Virus record (IMG/VR): IMGVR_UViG_3300010885_025649
Span: 62,001 to 126,000 of that record
Direction: 5' to 3' (one strand)
Length of the DNA: 64,000 nt
The notes under the pieces were generated by a model. That model ran no database searches, had not been told where the DNA came from, and saw nothing but the letters and a program-made list of their open reading frames with translations. Position numbers and translations under genes: made by a program. This document shows, in pieces, positions 63,469 to 64,000 of this stretch; the first letter of the stretch is position 1; every line of letters begins with the position of its first letter.

Positions 63469-63632
63469 GTTAAATTCTCAAATTACTTTCAAGTAGGTTG
63501 TTACCGCGGCCGATTTATAATATACACAATTAAATATAATTACAAATCTATCTGTATATATTACGGTAATATTAAATGTCTCATCATCATTACTAGAATA
63601 AATACCGGGAGGTGGAAAGTTAAAGTATGTCA

Positions 63633-63845
63633 TTATTCCCATCCTCGTTTTACGTATAATTGTATTGCACTATTATGCAAGTAAATATATTTACCCATGT
63701 AAGTATCATACCTATCATGAGGTTTATCTTGCCGGTAATTCCCAACATAATAGTTACCTATATATAATTTAAGATTTCCTGGTGGGGAAACTAATACAAT
63801 ATCAAAATCATCAAAATATTTAGTCTCAAAGAAACAATAAGTCAT
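63633..63845 (-). CDS. Hypothetical protein
   Basis: ORF. Confidence 0.4.
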   Translation of the reverse strand: MTYCFFETKYFDDFDIVLVSPPGNLKLYIGNYYVGNYRQDKPHDRYDTYMGKYIYLHNSAIQLYVKRGWE

Positions 63846-64000
63846 AACAAAAATATATGGTTGTGTAAAAAGATATGAGTAACCGAAAAGCCAACTGTAA
63901 GAAACCCATCTTTAAATACTTGTGTGCCAAAGTTCTCAAATCTAATAGTGAGTTTGTTGATGGTAGTGATATATTGAGGACTTGTGGAGGATTTGAATTT

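Noticed and set aside
1085-63684. Antisense or overlapping ORFs in the track (e.g. 1085-1336, 3637-3924, 6131-6325, 10179-10580, 19365-19700, 31078-31320, 43857-44165, 52808-53086, 54480-54731, 59861-60058)
   Set aside because: They overlap well-supported genes or tRNAs on the other strand or frame and have no RBS or motifs.
1-64000. CRISPR array, rRNA, integrase or autonomous TnpA
   Set aside because: No regularly spaced direct repeats, rRNA motifs, or recombinase/Y1 transposase motifs were seen.

Overview
A 64-kb segment of a large, AT-rich dsDNA bacteriophage genome. It carries T4-like rIIA/rIIB, ThyX, DNA ligase, PseT-type PNK and an RNA ligase. The host is most likely a cyanobacterium, inferred from the tmRNA tag peptide (VNNIYPFSRKRALVAA), the cyanobacterial-style IS200/IS605 ends and the HigA- and PspA-type genes. 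Positions 1-4431 (+) are the end of a tail/receptor-binding module. From 4476 onward almost all genes are on the minus strand: nucleotide metabolism, DNA repair, RNA repair/translation and putative anti-defence genes, mixed with many small hypothetical ORFs. The plus-strand exceptions are mobile or recently inserted (one HNH, two TnpB, one moron). The most remarkable layer is RNA, which the ORF track does not show. (1) A circularly permuted two-piece tmRNA has a 281-nt group I intron in its T-loop. (2) A tRNA-Asn has a 197-nt group I intron inside the anticodon. (3) One tRNA has its anticodon loop replaced by a 750-nt cassette of promoter, HNH gene and a second complete tRNA. (4) Three tandem tRNAs have His-type acceptor ends but non-His anticodon loops. 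(5) Several other tRNAs are atypical or truncated, and about ten are conventional; none encodes CCA, and a CCA-adding enzyme is encoded nearby. Also present are an HNH-containing intein in ThyX, two TnpB elements, one IsrB/omegaRNA element, a candidate NARP1 pair (Prs-like plus NAMPT-like), two HTH-less HigA-like proteins and a ThiF(E1)-led operon. All calls come from reading motifs and base-pairing by eye; no database searches were run.
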